DNA from: an uncultured Candidatus Saccharibacteria bacterium
GTDB lineage: Bacteria > Patescibacteriota > Dojkabacteria > B142 > OLB20
Length of the DNA: 64,000 nucleotides
Reading direction: 5' to 3'
Assembly: GCA_964461915.1 (NCBI GenBank)
Contig: CAYWVD010000001.1
Coordinates: 235,168 to 299,167 of the forward strand
This document shows positions 1 to 9,672 of the stretch, in pieces (positions within the stretch are counted from its first letter, which is position 1; each line of letters opens with the position of its first letter). The translations under genes were made by a program, and so were the position numbers. The notes under the pieces are model-generated. The model searched no databases, was not told the DNA's origin, and worked only from the letters and a program-made list of their open reading frames with translations.

Positions 1-2198
1 AGATAGCCATTTTCATCTTCTTTGATCAAAAATTCACCACCTTCTGTTCGAGTTGAAATTATTGCGTTTTTAAAAGACATTGCTTCGATTATACTGACTC
101 CAAAGGCCTCCCAAGAACTTGGCATCACAAATATTTTTGAAATATTTAAAATGGTTTTTAGAGTGTCATTTTTGGGATTTTGTAGAATATGAATGTAGCC
201 TTCAGCCTTATTATCTTTGATTATTTCTTCAATTTTTTCGAGGAATGCACCCTTATTGCCAATAGCCACTAGTGTAATGTTTTTATGTGTCTCTTTTAGC
301 TTGATGATAGCATTAACTAAATCTTGTAATCCTTTGTATAATTCAAAACGGCCAATAAATGAAATCACAAACTTCTTTTCGAGTTTTAACTTTGTAATTG
401 TTTCGGTATCTTCTACAAAATTTGTAAAATCATCGTGAATTGAGTTTGGAATATAAAATATCTTTGATGGATTGATTCCGTATTCTTTAGTTATCCAACT
501 AGTTTGAACTGGATTAACTGCAATTACATAAGAATATAACCAATTTAAATACATTCTTTGAATAAATGTATAAACTGATTTTAGAAATCTTTTAAAAAAA
601 GAATACTGGCCATGAGCCATAAATGGGCCGTGAGGTGTATTAATATAAATAGTATTTGATTTAAAAATCTTTTTTAAAATCAAACAAAAATCGTGCCAAA
701 TAAAGCCAAATCCATGCACATGCAAAATATCCTGTTTACTTTTGAATAATTTATTAAAAAGATCCGGATAAAACCCTAAATAGTACTTATCATTAGTCTT
801 TTTTGAACGATCAATTTTTATATTATCAAACGAATCGTTGAGTTTTAACGATTTATTATTACTATTACTTGTATAAACCGTTACATTATGACCTTTTTGA
901 GTGCTACTACGAGCTAGATTCAAACAATTTTGTTCAGCGCCACCTTTAATAGGATAAAAATTCGTAATTAGATAATCGATTTTTAAATTTGGGATTTTTT
1001 GGTATTCATCTTTAAAAGCTTTCATTGTTTCTTTGGCGGTTTTAGCCCAATTGTAATCATCAGATAACGCATTACCCTTTTTAATCAAATCTTTTCTGTA
1101 TTTATCATCTTCAAGAACTTTAATAATACCTTCTGTTACAGATTCAACACTTTTGGGATCAACAAAGTGAGTAGCTTCACCTAAAATTTCAGGATAACAA
1201 CTTCTTCGGGCAGAGATAGTTGGAATATTGGCTGCCATAGCCTCTAAGACAGAAAAGCCAAAGCCTTCATATTCTGATAAATGAACAAATGCTTCAGCAT
1301 TATTTAAAATGATGGGAAGATGTTCATTATCAGCTTCACCGGTAAAGATCATATTATGTTTTAATTTAAGATCATCCACAAGAGAAAGTATTTCTTTTGC
1401 TTGTGGAGTAAGAGCTTGGACTTTTCCATCCCAACCGATTTTGAATTCTTTACCAACAATAACGAGTTTTAAGTCCGGAAAACGCTTAATAATATTCTTA
1501 AATGAATGGATAAGACTTATAACGTTTTTATTGAATTCTAATCCTCCGTAATACAAAACATATGGCTTAGAAACTTTGTAGAGCAACAAAATCCTTCTAA
1601 TCTCCCTTGTATCTTGGTCAATATTAATTGATCTAAAATTATTTTTTATACCTAAATATATTCTTTTAATTTTAGATTCATCAAAGCCACCCCTAAGCAC
1701 CAGCTCTCTTTTACTGAAATCAGAATTAGTAAGAATAAGATCTGCAGATTTTGCCCTTTCCAAATTATATTTGTAGAAGATACCCTTAATTTTATTTGCT
1801 AGACCGCTTCGTGAGGAAAAAGAATTTGTAGTTAGCGGAATTACATCATGAACCATGACTGCTGTTTTTACCTTACCAAGAGGAAGTCCTCTTTCAAAAT
1901 GAGGAGCAAAATAGAAATCCAGTTTTTCTTTATAAATCTTACCGGAAAAAGAAAATTTAAAATAAAAAAGATTAGATAGATTCGATTTTCTCGGTTTACC
2001 TAGTGATACAAATTTAATATTGCTCTGCTTTCTTATCCGTAAAGCCTCATAATTTGACTTGGCATTATCAAAACCAAATAGAACGAACTCATTTGTTTGA
2101 TCTTGTAAAAGGTTACTGAGCAATTCTTTCCCATAGGTCCCAATTCCTCTATTAGAATACTGATCTTTTAAAAAAGTGATATCAATTCCAATTTTCAT
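1..2198 (-). CDS. Tandem double-domain glycosyltransferase (two GT1/GT4-type modules in one ORF); N-terminus at 2198 (ATG), C-terminus runs off the window start (partial)
   Basis: Manual minus-strand translation from ATG at 2196-2198 is open to position 1. It shows two GT-B modules with EX7E-like motifs: EYEGFGFSVLEAMAANIPTI and SSWEAFGVSIIEAMSFKNAII. Not in the ORF track because no stop codon falls inside the window. Confidence 0.55.
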   Translation of the reverse strand, partial: MKIGIDITFLKDQYSNRGIGTYGKELLSNLLQDQTNEFVLFGFDNAKSNYEALRIRKQSNIKFVSLGKPRKSNLSNLFYFKFSFSGKIYKEKLDFYFAPHFERGLPLGKVKTAVMVHDVIPLTTNSFSSRSGLANKIKGIFYKYNLERAKSADLILTNSDFSKRELVLRGGFDESKIKRIYLGIKNNFRSINIDQDTREIRRILLLYKVSKPYVLYYGGLEFNKNVISLIHSFKNIIKRFPDLKLVIVGKEFKIGWDGKVQALTPQAKEILSLVDDLKLKHNMIFTGEADNEHLPIILNNAEAFVHLSEYEGFGFSVLEAMAANIPTISARRSCYPEILGEATHFVDPKSVESVTEGIIKVLEDDKYRKDLIKKGNALSDDYNWAKTAKETMKAFKDEYQKIPNLKIDYLITNFYPIKGGAEQNCLNLARSSTQKGHNVTVYTSNSNNKSLKLNDSFDNIKIDRSKKTNDKYYLGFYPDLFNKLFKSKQDILHVHGFGFIWHDFCLILKKIFKSNTIYINTPHGPFMAHGQYSFFKRFLKSVYTFIQRMYLNWLYSYVIAVNPVQTSWITKEYGINPSKIFYIPNSIHDDFTNFVEDTETITKLKLEKKFVISFIGRFELYKGLQDLVNAIIKLKETHKNITLVAIGNKGAFLEKIEEIIKDNKAEGYIHILQNPKNDTLKTILNISKIFVMPSSWEAFGVSIIEAMSFKNAIISTRTEGGEFLIKEDENGY

Positions 2199-2232
2199 TC
2201 TTTATTATTTAAGACTAGCTAATTTTAGTATT

Positions 2233-3048
2233 TTATTGGCTAATTAAGCAATAGTTATTGATATTATGCAAATATTCAACAAGCGATAGATTTTGATCAT
2301 GTAGATATTTAGCTGTCTCTATGCCAACATACCTAAAATGCCAAGGTTCATAAGTAAATCCCGTAATATTTTCCATTCCCTTGGGGAAAGATAGCACAAA
2401 GCCATATTTATAAGCATTCTCTGACATAAATCGATGTAATTTTGTATTTGTATACGAGGGCATTAATTTATAATTATTTTCAGATGAAACAATGTCCATT
2501 GCAGTTCCGAGATGATGTTCGCTTCCACCAATTGGAGCAGCATATTTGCTCCCATTTTGAAAACCCAGCGCATTTATCCAATAAGACAGAGCTCCTTCTT
2601 GGCTTTGAAAGTCACGCCAACCGGAATTTATTCTAATAGTTACTCCTTCTTTAGCTAAATCGTTTTGAAGCTTTGCGACAGCTTCGGCAGGATCTTTTCG
2701 TAGGCGTACAATCCCGCTAGTATTGATATTCAAACTAGATAAAATTATTAAATCTGAGGGAATGTAATCTTCTTCAAGTTTAGAAAACTTATTAATTAAA
2801 ACTAAATATTTATCTGCCTCATCAGTATTAATTATTTGTTCATTCAACTGACAAGTTGAAAGTATCTGAATCAAATTTGTTTTGGTCAGCAATGAATTAT
2901 CGGTAATCATATTAATAGACTTTTCAACAACTTGCTTTTTATAGCCCCCGAAATTATTGATGAAAGTATCTTTTAAATTGGGGGTTAAGATTAATCCGTA
3001 AATTAAAAAAATTGCACCAAACAAAATTAAGAGATATTTTAATTTCAT
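2233..3048 (-). CDS. D-Ala-D-Ala carboxypeptidase, VanY/M15B zinc peptidase family, N-terminal signal anchor
   Basis: Motifs SGWRDFQSQ and SEHHLGTAMDI match the VanY/M15 zinc-binding H/D signatures. N-terminal hydrophobic segment. Confidence 0.65.
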   Translation of the reverse strand: MKLKYLLILFGAIFLIYGLILTPNLKDTFINNFGGYKKQVVEKSINMITDNSLLTKTNLIQILSTCQLNEQIINTDEADKYLVLINKFSKLEEDYIPSDLIILSSLNINTSGIVRLRKDPAEAVAKLQNDLAKEGVTIRINSGWRDFQSQEGALSYWINALGFQNGSKYAAPIGGSEHHLGTAMDIVSSENNYKLMPSYTNTKLHRFMSENAYKYGFVLSFPKGMENITGFTYEPWHFRYVGIETAKYLHDQNLSLVEYLHNINNYCLISQ

Positions 3049-3084
3049 ATTATTTGACTTGAAAATTTTTGATAGAATTCATTT

Positions 3085-3726
3085 ATGCAAATACTTTCTT
3101 TAAAACAAAACAAAGATAAATCAATTTATGCAACAACTGATATTGGACTAAATTTTCGTCTAAGTATCAATTCGATAGCTAAGTTTAACATATTTCAAGG
3201 TAAGTTGATTACAGAAGAGGAAATTCGTGAAATTCAATCTGAAGAAAAAAGATCTGCTCTTTTACAACTTATTATTGAATATATTGCGATCAGACCAAGA
3301 TCAACAAGAGAGATCTCGGATTACATTGATAAGATACTAAAACGAAAGTTTAAATTAGAAAAGATTGGGACTGAAGAACTTCTACTTAAAAAATCTCTTA
3401 TCGAATACTTAATCGAGAAAAAGTATGTCGATGATTTTGACTTTGCTAAATGGTGGATTAATAATAGGGTGGATTTCAAAAATATGAGTAAAAAGGCGAT
3501 TAAATATGAATTATTAAAAAAGGGTATCTCAGAGAATTTAATCGAAGAGAATTTGACCGAACTCTATTCAGAGGAAGACGAAAAGACAAAAATTCAAAAT
3601 ATTATATTAAAAAAGTATAAAGGGATCGTAATCTCAGAGCTTAATCCTAAAGATAAACAAAAAATAATTTCCTTTTTATACAATAAAGGCTACAATTACG
3701 AATTAATTAAAGAAATTATTCAATAA
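3085..3726 (+). CDS. RecX-like regulatory protein (tentative)
   Basis: About 210 aa, helical repeats with the RecX-like pattern (LLQLIIEYIAIRPRSTREISDYI...). Weak, similarity-by-eye only. Confidence 0.35.
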   Translation: MQILSLKQNKDKSIYATTDIGLNFRLSINSIAKFNIFQGKLITEEEIREIQSEEKRSALLQLIIEYIAIRPRSTREISDYIDKILKRKFKLEKIGTEELLLKKSLIEYLIEKKYVDDFDFAKWWINNRVDFKNMSKKAIKYELLKKGISENLIEENLTELYSEEDEKTKIQNIILKKYKGIVISELNPKDKQKIISFLYNKGYNYELIKEIIQ

Positions 3727-3776
3727 TGATTGTCTAATGTCTTATTAGATGTTAAAATCAATCCGTTGATATTATT

Positions 3777-4223
3777 ATGTTGAACAAAATGAATGAGCAA
3801 AAAATTAAAGAATTAGAATCCAAATTTATAAAGGATCTTCCAAAATTCGATGTTGGCGATACTTTAGCCGTTAGTACAATTGTTAGAGAAGGTGATAAAA
3901 AAAGAACTCAAATTTTTAAAGGAATTGTAATTGCGATTAAAGGTTCAGGTATAAGGAAGACTTTTACTATAAGGAAAATCAGTATGGGAGTAGGTGTAGA
4001 AAAGATTTTGCCTCTTCATTCTCCAAACATTTCAAAAATAAAAGTATTAAAAACTGGTGTTGTTCGCAAGAGTAAGATCTACTATATGCGAAAAAGAATC
4101 GGTAAAAGAGCTTTAAAAATTAAAGAAGGCGTTGCTGTTCCAGAAGAAGGAGCAGTCGAAGCTCCAGTTATTGAATCAGCTACTGTTGACGAGACAATCA
4201 CCGACGAAAAAAAATCCGAATAA
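3777..4223 (+). CDS. rplS: 50S ribosomal protein L19
   Basis: DVGDTLAVSTIVREGDKKRTQIFKGIVIAIKGSGIRKTFTIRKISMGVGVEKILPLHSP is a typical L19 core. Has a C-terminal acidic extension. Confidence 0.85.
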   Translation: MLNKMNEQKIKELESKFIKDLPKFDVGDTLAVSTIVREGDKKRTQIFKGIVIAIKGSGIRKTFTIRKISMGVGVEKILPLHSPNISKIKVLKTGVVRKSKIYYMRKRIGKRALKIKEGVAVPEEGAVEAPVIESATVDETITDEKKSE

Positions 4224-4908
4224 TCCAACTATTTCACTTGAAGAATCTCTATTATCCGAAGGTTACGATATTGTTTTAGGTATTGACGAAGCCGGTCGAG
4301 GCCCTTGGGCTGGACCTTTATACTTTGGTGGATATATCTATGACAACAAAGAGAAGTATTCTTTTAACCCCATAATTAAAGACTCAAAGCTATTATCCGA
4401 AGAAAATCGCGAATTATGTTTTGTAAATTTAAAACCAGAAAATCGTGTATTCACAAGAATATCTGCCAAAGAAGTTGATTCCCTAGGACTATCTGAAGCA
4501 GTCAAAGTCGCAATACTCGAACTTGTCCTTCATGTTTTAGCAATGCCAAAGTGTGCTAATAAAAAAATAATAGCTTTAATTGATGGAAAATACAGATTCA
4601 ATTTACCGATTGATTACAAATCTATTATTGATGGAGATAGAATCCATTATTCAATATCATGCGGATCAATAGTAGCCAAAGTACTTAGAGATCATGAGAT
4701 GCGTAAACTTGATGAAAAGTTCCCACAGTATGGGTTTAAGAATAATAAAGGTTATGGGACTAAAATGCATATAGAAGGAATAGAAAAATATGGTCTCTGC
4801 GAAGAACATCGTAAAACATATAAACCAATCAGGGAATATATTGCCAGATGCGAACAAACGGGTAAAAGGAAGTTTCTCCGAACAGATAGCAATAAATTTT
4901 TTAAGTAA
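4132..4908 (+). CDS. rnhB: Ribonuclease HII; real start probably downstream (around 4220-4260, non-ATG) because the longest ORF overlaps rplS by 92 nt
   Basis: GIDEAGRGPWAGPL is the RNase HII active-site motif, plus conserved downstream blocks. No in-frame ATG between the ORF start and this motif. Confidence 0.8.
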   Translation: MLFQKKEQSKLQLLNQLLLTRQSPTKKNPNNPTISLEESLLSEGYDIVLGIDEAGRGPWAGPLYFGGYIYDNKEKYSFNPIIKDSKLLSEENRELCFVNLKPENRVFTRISAKEVDSLGLSEAVKVAILELVLHVLAMPKCANKKIIALIDGKYRFNLPIDYKSIIDGDRIHYSISCGSIVAKVLRDHEMRKLDEKFPQYGFKNNKGYGTKMHIEGIEKYGLCEEHRKTYKPIREYIARCEQTGKRKFLRTDSNKFFK

Positions 4909-5215
4909 AAAGGGTTATAAAATTTTATCTCGTAATTACTTCCAAAAAGTCGGAGAAATCGATATAATTGCAAGGTATCAAAATACTATTGTTTTTGTAG
5001 AAGTTAAAAGCACAAACAATAGAAATTTTTTGATAACAGATCTTTTAAATCAAAGAAAGCTTTTTAGATTAAGTAAGGTTATTAACATTTGGCTTTATAA
5101 AAACCATTTGTTAAATAATGCTTTTAGGCTTGATTTTATTGGCATACAATACGATAATTATAAGTTGAAATCTATAAAGCATTTTGAAAATATACAAATA
5201 AGTCTGGGTCGGTAG
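4790..5215 (+). CDS. YraN/UPF0102 family endonuclease-like protein (start uncertain, possibly TTG at 4841)
   Basis: IAINFLSKKGYKILSRNYF...GEIDIIARYQNTIVFVEVKST matches the YraN family pattern. The last 10 nt overlap tRNA-Lys. Confidence 0.55.
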   Translation: MVSAKNIVKHINQSGNILPDANKRVKGSFSEQIAINFLSKKGYKILSRNYFQKVGEIDIIARYQNTIVFVEVKSTNNRNFLITDLLNQRKLFRLSKVINIWLYKNHLLNNAFRLDFIGIQYDNYKLKSIKHFENIQISLGR

Positions 5216-5280
5216 CTCAATGGTAGAGCAGCGGCCTTTTAAGCCGGTGGTTGCGGGTTCGAGCCCCGCCCGACTCACCA
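5206..5280 (+). tRNA. tRNA-Lys (anticodon TTT), CCA encoded
   Basis: Cloverleaf folded by hand: acceptor gggtcgg/ccgactc, D-arm gctc..gagc, anticodon stem-loop with loop cuUUUaa, T-arm gcggg-ttcgagc-cccgc, then discriminator A and CCA. Confidence 0.8.
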
Positions 5281-5354
5281 GAATATTTGTTGATTAACAT
5301 TTCATGCACTTGATTTACTTTCGTATTTCGGGATAATTAAAAACATATACATAT

Positions 5355-6605
5355 TTGCATATGCTTTTTAGTAGAATCAATTTTCAAGTTAATCCTAATA
5401 AATTTCGCATATTGGTATTTTTAGTACCGGTTTTCTTCTTTTATTTAAACGAAAATGTTATTAGTCTAACTTACCCAATTGTAGGTGAATTGCTTTTAAA
5501 TAGCGCCTTTTATATTGGGATAATAATTTCTTTAACTTCAATAATAGGAATCCTTTGCGATTTCTTTTTCCCTCAAATTTTTAAGGCAACAGATTGGAAG
5601 CAACAATTTATAATGGGAATGATCCTTGCAATCTTTTTGAACATAACTTTATCAAATAGTGTGCATTCAGGAAGTGTTCCTTTGTTAATTCTAGCTGGAT
5701 TATTATGGACTCTATATTATGAATTTTGCGCTTTCGCAATAAATAATTATTTAGCTGTTTCAGAAAAATCCAATAATTTTGTTTATGATTGGAGCTTAAT
5801 TAGTATTGTTTACAATGTTGCTGCAATAATTGGCCCAATCCTAGCGAGCTTTATTATTGAGGACTTCTTTTTAGTATTATTGGTTTTTCAATTAATTAGC
5901 TTAATCTCAATATTTGTTGTTGGCTACATTACAAGAAAAGAAATCAAAGTCACACCCAAAAGTAAAATTAAATCTACTCTGAGTTTGTTTAGGGGTTTAG
6001 AAATTTGGAAGGTTTTAGTCCCCAAAGTTTTACCACTGATACTTTTCTCAATCGGAATTGGAATAATTGATTCAACTTATTGGACGATTGGTGGACTTTA
6101 TGCCTCGCAGATTTTTAAGAATAACGATCTATCTTGGATTACCATTGTGATGTATTCAATACCATTTATATTCGGTTCAATTATAATGGCGAAATTGAAT
6201 ATGAAAAAATTTAAGAAACTTACTTCTCAGATTTTTTTAGCCATCAATGCTGTATTGTTATTGATTTTCTTTATCCCCGATATAAATCCATTTATTGCTA
6301 TGGGTATTATTTTAGTTTCAAGTTTCTTTTTAGCTTTAGCTTCGCCCTTGAATGATGCTGCCTTTAGTGACTTATTAACTAGATTAAACGAAAAAATGGA
6401 ACACTTAGTAGGGATAAAAAAGATTAGTTATTCAATTGCCTATATTATTGGACCGGTTTTATCAGGATTCTTAACTGAAAATTTTGGATTCCAAAATACA
6501 TTTGCAATTATGGGGTTAGGATTATTAATATTAGCCGTGACTTTATTATCAATTACACCTAAAAAAATTAGATTACCCCAAACTGAACTTTCAGAAATCA
6601 AATAG
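5355..6605 (+). CDS. Major facilitator superfamily-like polytopic membrane transporter
   Basis: 416 aa with roughly 12 hydrophobic segments. No specific substrate signature. Confidence 0.45.
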   Translation: MHMLFSRINFQVNPNKFRILVFLVPVFFFYLNENVISLTYPIVGELLLNSAFYIGIIISLTSIIGILCDFFFPQIFKATDWKQQFIMGMILAIFLNITLSNSVHSGSVPLLILAGLLWTLYYEFCAFAINNYLAVSEKSNNFVYDWSLISIVYNVAAIIGPILASFIIEDFFLVLLVFQLISLISIFVVGYITRKEIKVTPKSKIKSTLSLFRGLEIWKVLVPKVLPLILFSIGIGIIDSTYWTIGGLYASQIFKNNDLSWITIVMYSIPFIFGSIIMAKLNMKKFKKLTSQIFLAINAVLLLIFFIPDINPFIAMGIILVSSFFLALASPLNDAAFSDLLTRLNEKMEHLVGIKKISYSIAYIIGPVLSGFLTENFGFQNTFAIMGLGLLILAVTLLSITPKKIRLPQTELSEIK

Positions 6606-6606
6606 A

Positions 6607-7182
6607 TTATTTAACCTTTGCTGAAATTATTTTTACTTCATCTAATGGGCGATCATCTGCATCAGTAGGTACATTTGAAATCTTTTCAACAATATCGTAG
6701 CCTTCAATGACTTTACCAAAAACAGGGTGTTTTGTATCTAAGTAAGTATTATTAGCGACATTAATAAAGAATTGGCTGCCACCTGTATTTGGGCCCGAAT
6801 TTGCCATGGAGATTGTTCCGATACTGTTGTTATTATTTGTAGTAAATTCATCTTTAATTTTGTAACCAGGGCCGCCCATACCTGTTCCTGTTGGGTCGCC
6901 GCCTTGAACCATAAATCCGGGGATAACACGATGAAAAATGATTCCATCATAAAACTTTTCTTCGACTAATTTCACAAAATTTCCGCCAGTAATTGGCATA
7001 GTCTTTGTGTAAATTTGAAGAGTAAACTTTCCAAGAGTGGTTTCGACTTCTACCATAGTGTCGGCTGAATTATCCGTTAAAGTTGAGTCGGTTTTTGTTG
7101 TGTTTGACATATTTTGAATAATTAAAGGTAAAAAAGCTAAAATAGCAATAACAATTAATATAATTAAAGGTTTGTTCTTCAT
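6607..7182 (-). CDS. Cyclophilin-type peptidyl-prolyl cis-trans isomerase with N-terminal membrane anchor
   Basis: FHRVIPGFMVQGGDP..GTGMGGPGY...SMANSGPNTGGSQFFI matches the cyclophilin signature. Confidence 0.8.
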   Translation of the reverse strand: MKNKPLIILIVIAILAFLPLIIQNMSNTTKTDSTLTDNSADTMVEVETTLGKFTLQIYTKTMPITGGNFVKLVEEKFYDGIIFHRVIPGFMVQGGDPTGTGMGGPGYKIKDEFTTNNNNSIGTISMANSGPNTGGSQFFINVANNTYLDTKHPVFGKVIEGYDIVEKISNVPTDADDRPLDEVKIISAKVK

Positions 7183-7194
7183 TTTTTAATTTAG

Positions 7195-8262
7195 TTAATT
7201 TATTTCTGTTGATTGAGGAAATAAATCATACCAAACAAACCAATAAATTGAAAAGATCTGTATTGGCTTTCCCTCAATAGATTCTTTTAAAGAAGCTCCA
7301 CTAGAGTTTATATTTAATTCGTATTTTATACCATCAATGTTAATTTCTTTATCATAAGGAAAAACCAAGCCCTCAGGGTTAATATAGAATTGTTTGTTTT
7401 TTAGAATAAATCCATAAATGTTAGATTTTGAATTGATTTTATCGCTGTAATCTTCGACTTTTTGTAGGGTTTTGCTGTTGGTTCGGTAGTCTCCAAATGG
7501 GTCAGAATTATAATTTAATCTAAATCCAGTATCAAAATTCATATATAGAGCTTCAGGATATTTTTCAATTGATTCGGCTAAAGTCATTATTTCGTTTGTT
7601 AGAATTGGTTCTAAACTTGCACCTAGTTTTGAACCAACTATTGCTCGTCCATCCACAATCGACCATAAAGATTCACTTTTAGAATCAAAAATTAAATCAA
7701 TATTTTTATAAAGATATCCTGATACTCCAAAAGTAATAACTTCATTTTTATAAGTTCGAATATAGGAACTGTATAGATTTGATAATGGAGAATAGGCAAT
7801 CAAAACGGGCGTTTCTCCAAACTTATCATTTATTACTATATGTTGCTCTAAAATCCTTCTAGGATAAACTTTAACTACATCGTTATATTTCAAAATAAAG
7901 ACAGGTTCATTAAGAGAAATACAGGGTGAAATTTCAGAGTATTTCCCAAACCTGGGATTTTCAACTGCTGGAATCGAATTTTTAGTTAGTGCAGTTTTTA
8001 ATAGGTCTTTTTCGTTGTCTACTATGCTTAGATTGAATACAGTAGAAAGATCTGTTGTACTTAGCTTTAAAACCTCATCTGCAGGTGTGAGTGCACATAA
8101 AAAGGCATTATCGGTTATATTATTTGAAGTATTGTTTGATCGATTAACTACTGTAATTAAAAAAATTCCGATGCCTAATACAAAAACAATAGTCCAAATT
8201 TGATTAAGGCCTTTAGCTGTCTTATCATAGGTATTTTCGATTTTTTTAAAAATATTTGCCAT
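7195..8262 (-). CDS. Hypothetical membrane-anchored extracytoplasmic protein
   Basis: N-terminal TM helix. No recognisable catalytic motif. Sits next to the sortase gene. Confidence 0.4.
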   Translation of the reverse strand: MANIFKKIENTYDKTAKGLNQIWTIVFVLGIGIFLITVVNRSNNTSNNITDNAFLCALTPADEVLKLSTTDLSTVFNLSIVDNEKDLLKTALTKNSIPAVENPRFGKYSEISPCISLNEPVFILKYNDVVKVYPRRILEQHIVINDKFGETPVLIAYSPLSNLYSSYIRTYKNEVITFGVSGYLYKNIDLIFDSKSESLWSIVDGRAIVGSKLGASLEPILTNEIMTLAESIEKYPEALYMNFDTGFRLNYNSDPFGDYRTNSKTLQKVEDYSDKINSKSNIYGFILKNKQFYINPEGLVFPYDKEINIDGIKYELNINSSGASLKESIEGKPIQIFSIYWFVWYDLFPQSTEIN

Positions 8263-8264
8263 AA

Positions 8265-8927
8265 CTAAATATTAATAACTTTGGTCTGAACGGCGTCAAC
8301 TAGTGTCCTAGATTTTAGAGATCCGGTAGGAGGTCCGCAATATTGTAATCTAACTTTTGCGATGGAAGAGGCTCCGGTATAAAAGCCCGTAGCCGTAGGA
8401 GAAACAGGAAAAATTTCAGATACTTCATAGAAATATTTTTTTCCTTGGAAATAAACTATAATTTCGTCACCAATAGCTAATTGATCTAAGTATGAAAACC
8501 AAGCATTAGAATCAAGAGCAGTACTTTTGTTGGATACTGCATGTGCAAAAAGGTAGGTGATACCTATCTTTTCAGGAGTTGATGTGAATTTACCGTGCGA
8601 AACGCCATACTCCCAAGATTTACGGTAAATTTCTTCGTATCTTGGATCCACATCCTTAATAATCTTTTTGAAAAAATTAATTTTATCTATTCGTAGGTAA
8701 AATCCTAAAGGATCAATGGTTTCTTCAGAAAATTCTTGAAAAGACTTTTCTGCGGTAGGACCTATTAGTTCCGCAGAATTTTTATTAAGGTTTTGATAGT
8801 TTTCTTCTGATGGTAAAAAACTTCTTAAAAAATCATTAGCTGAGGTATTTGTTAAAAGAAGATTGGTAGAAATATAAATCAAAAAAATGAAGATTATTAT
8901 TAATAAAATTTTAGGCAATACTTTCAT
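8265..8927 (-). CDS. Sortase-family transpeptidase
   Basis: Catalytic triad context in sortase order: LFAHA (His), FSYLDQLAIGDEI..Y.YEV, RLQYCGPP (the TLxTC-like Cys) and KSRTLV (Arg). N-terminal TM anchor. Confidence 0.55.
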   Translation of the reverse strand: MKVLPKILLIIIFIFLIYISTNLLLTNTSANDFLRSFLPSEENYQNLNKNSAELIGPTAEKSFQEFSEETIDPLGFYLRIDKINFFKKIIKDVDPRYEEIYRKSWEYGVSHGKFTSTPEKIGITYLFAHAVSNKSTALDSNAWFSYLDQLAIGDEIIVYFQGKKYFYEVSEIFPVSPTATGFYTGASSIAKVRLQYCGPPTGSLKSRTLVDAVQTKVINI

Positions 8928-8929
8928 AT

Positions 8930-9670
8930 CTAATTACCTTCAATACCTGGGATAACATCAATATTTGGTTCGGCCAGGTAGATATTTGGTATTTGATTAA
9001 CATAATTTAAGTCTAAAGAAAATTTCTTTGTTACTTCTTCAGATTTAGGGTCAATAAAGACCTTAACCTCAACAATCAAATTTTGTTTGTAATTAAAACG
9101 ATTCCCATTGTTATCCTTTAAATCATTAAGGTTAAACTTGTATCCACCCATCTCATTCAAATTGGAAATCAAAGTCTGCGATTCGGTATCAGCTAATAAT
9201 TTTAAAAAGACTAAACCTTTAGATTGAACTGTTTTTCCATCAACAGAAAAGACTTGTCCGTTAATCCATTTGTTTGTATCAGTGAAGTTTTCTGCAAAAG
9301 TTATGGCTTTATAATTATCGGGATATAAATTACCATTGGACATAAGCTGGAATTCATAAGTGGTTTGGGGGTTTAAGTTTTTCAAAGTGATTAAGTGGTA
9401 ATTGCTTTCTGTTGCTTCGCTAACTGGTTCAAGTGAATCTTTGAGTTTCAACATACCTGTTAAAGATTTCTCTGTATACCAAGAAACAGTAAAGGAATCC
9501 GCTTTTACAGAACTAACCTGAATATTCACAGGATCTTCATTCAAAAAAGCATTCACAGAAAAATCTAATTGACCAGACTTCAAAATTATGACAGAAATTG
9601 GAATAGAGATGGCAATCAAAGCCAAACCCAAAAAATTCATTATTGATTTAAATTTTTTATTTTCATTCAT
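8930..9670 (-). CDS. Membrane-anchored surface protein with fibronectin type III-like domain
   Basis: N-terminal TM. FTVSWYTEKSLTGMLKLKD...TTYEFQL resembles the FN3/purple-acid-phosphatase N-terminal domain. Confidence 0.4.
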   Translation of the reverse strand: MNENKKFKSIMNFLGLALIAISIPISVIILKSGQLDFSVNAFLNEDPVNIQVSSVKADSFTVSWYTEKSLTGMLKLKDSLEPVSEATESNYHLITLKNLNPQTTYEFQLMSNGNLYPDNYKAITFAENFTDTNKWINGQVFSVDGKTVQSKGLVFLKLLADTESQTLISNLNEMGGYKFNLNDLKDNNGNRFNYKQNLIVEVKVFIDPKSEEVTKKFSLDLNYVNQIPNIYLAEPNIDVIPGIEGN

Positions 9671-9672
9671 TT

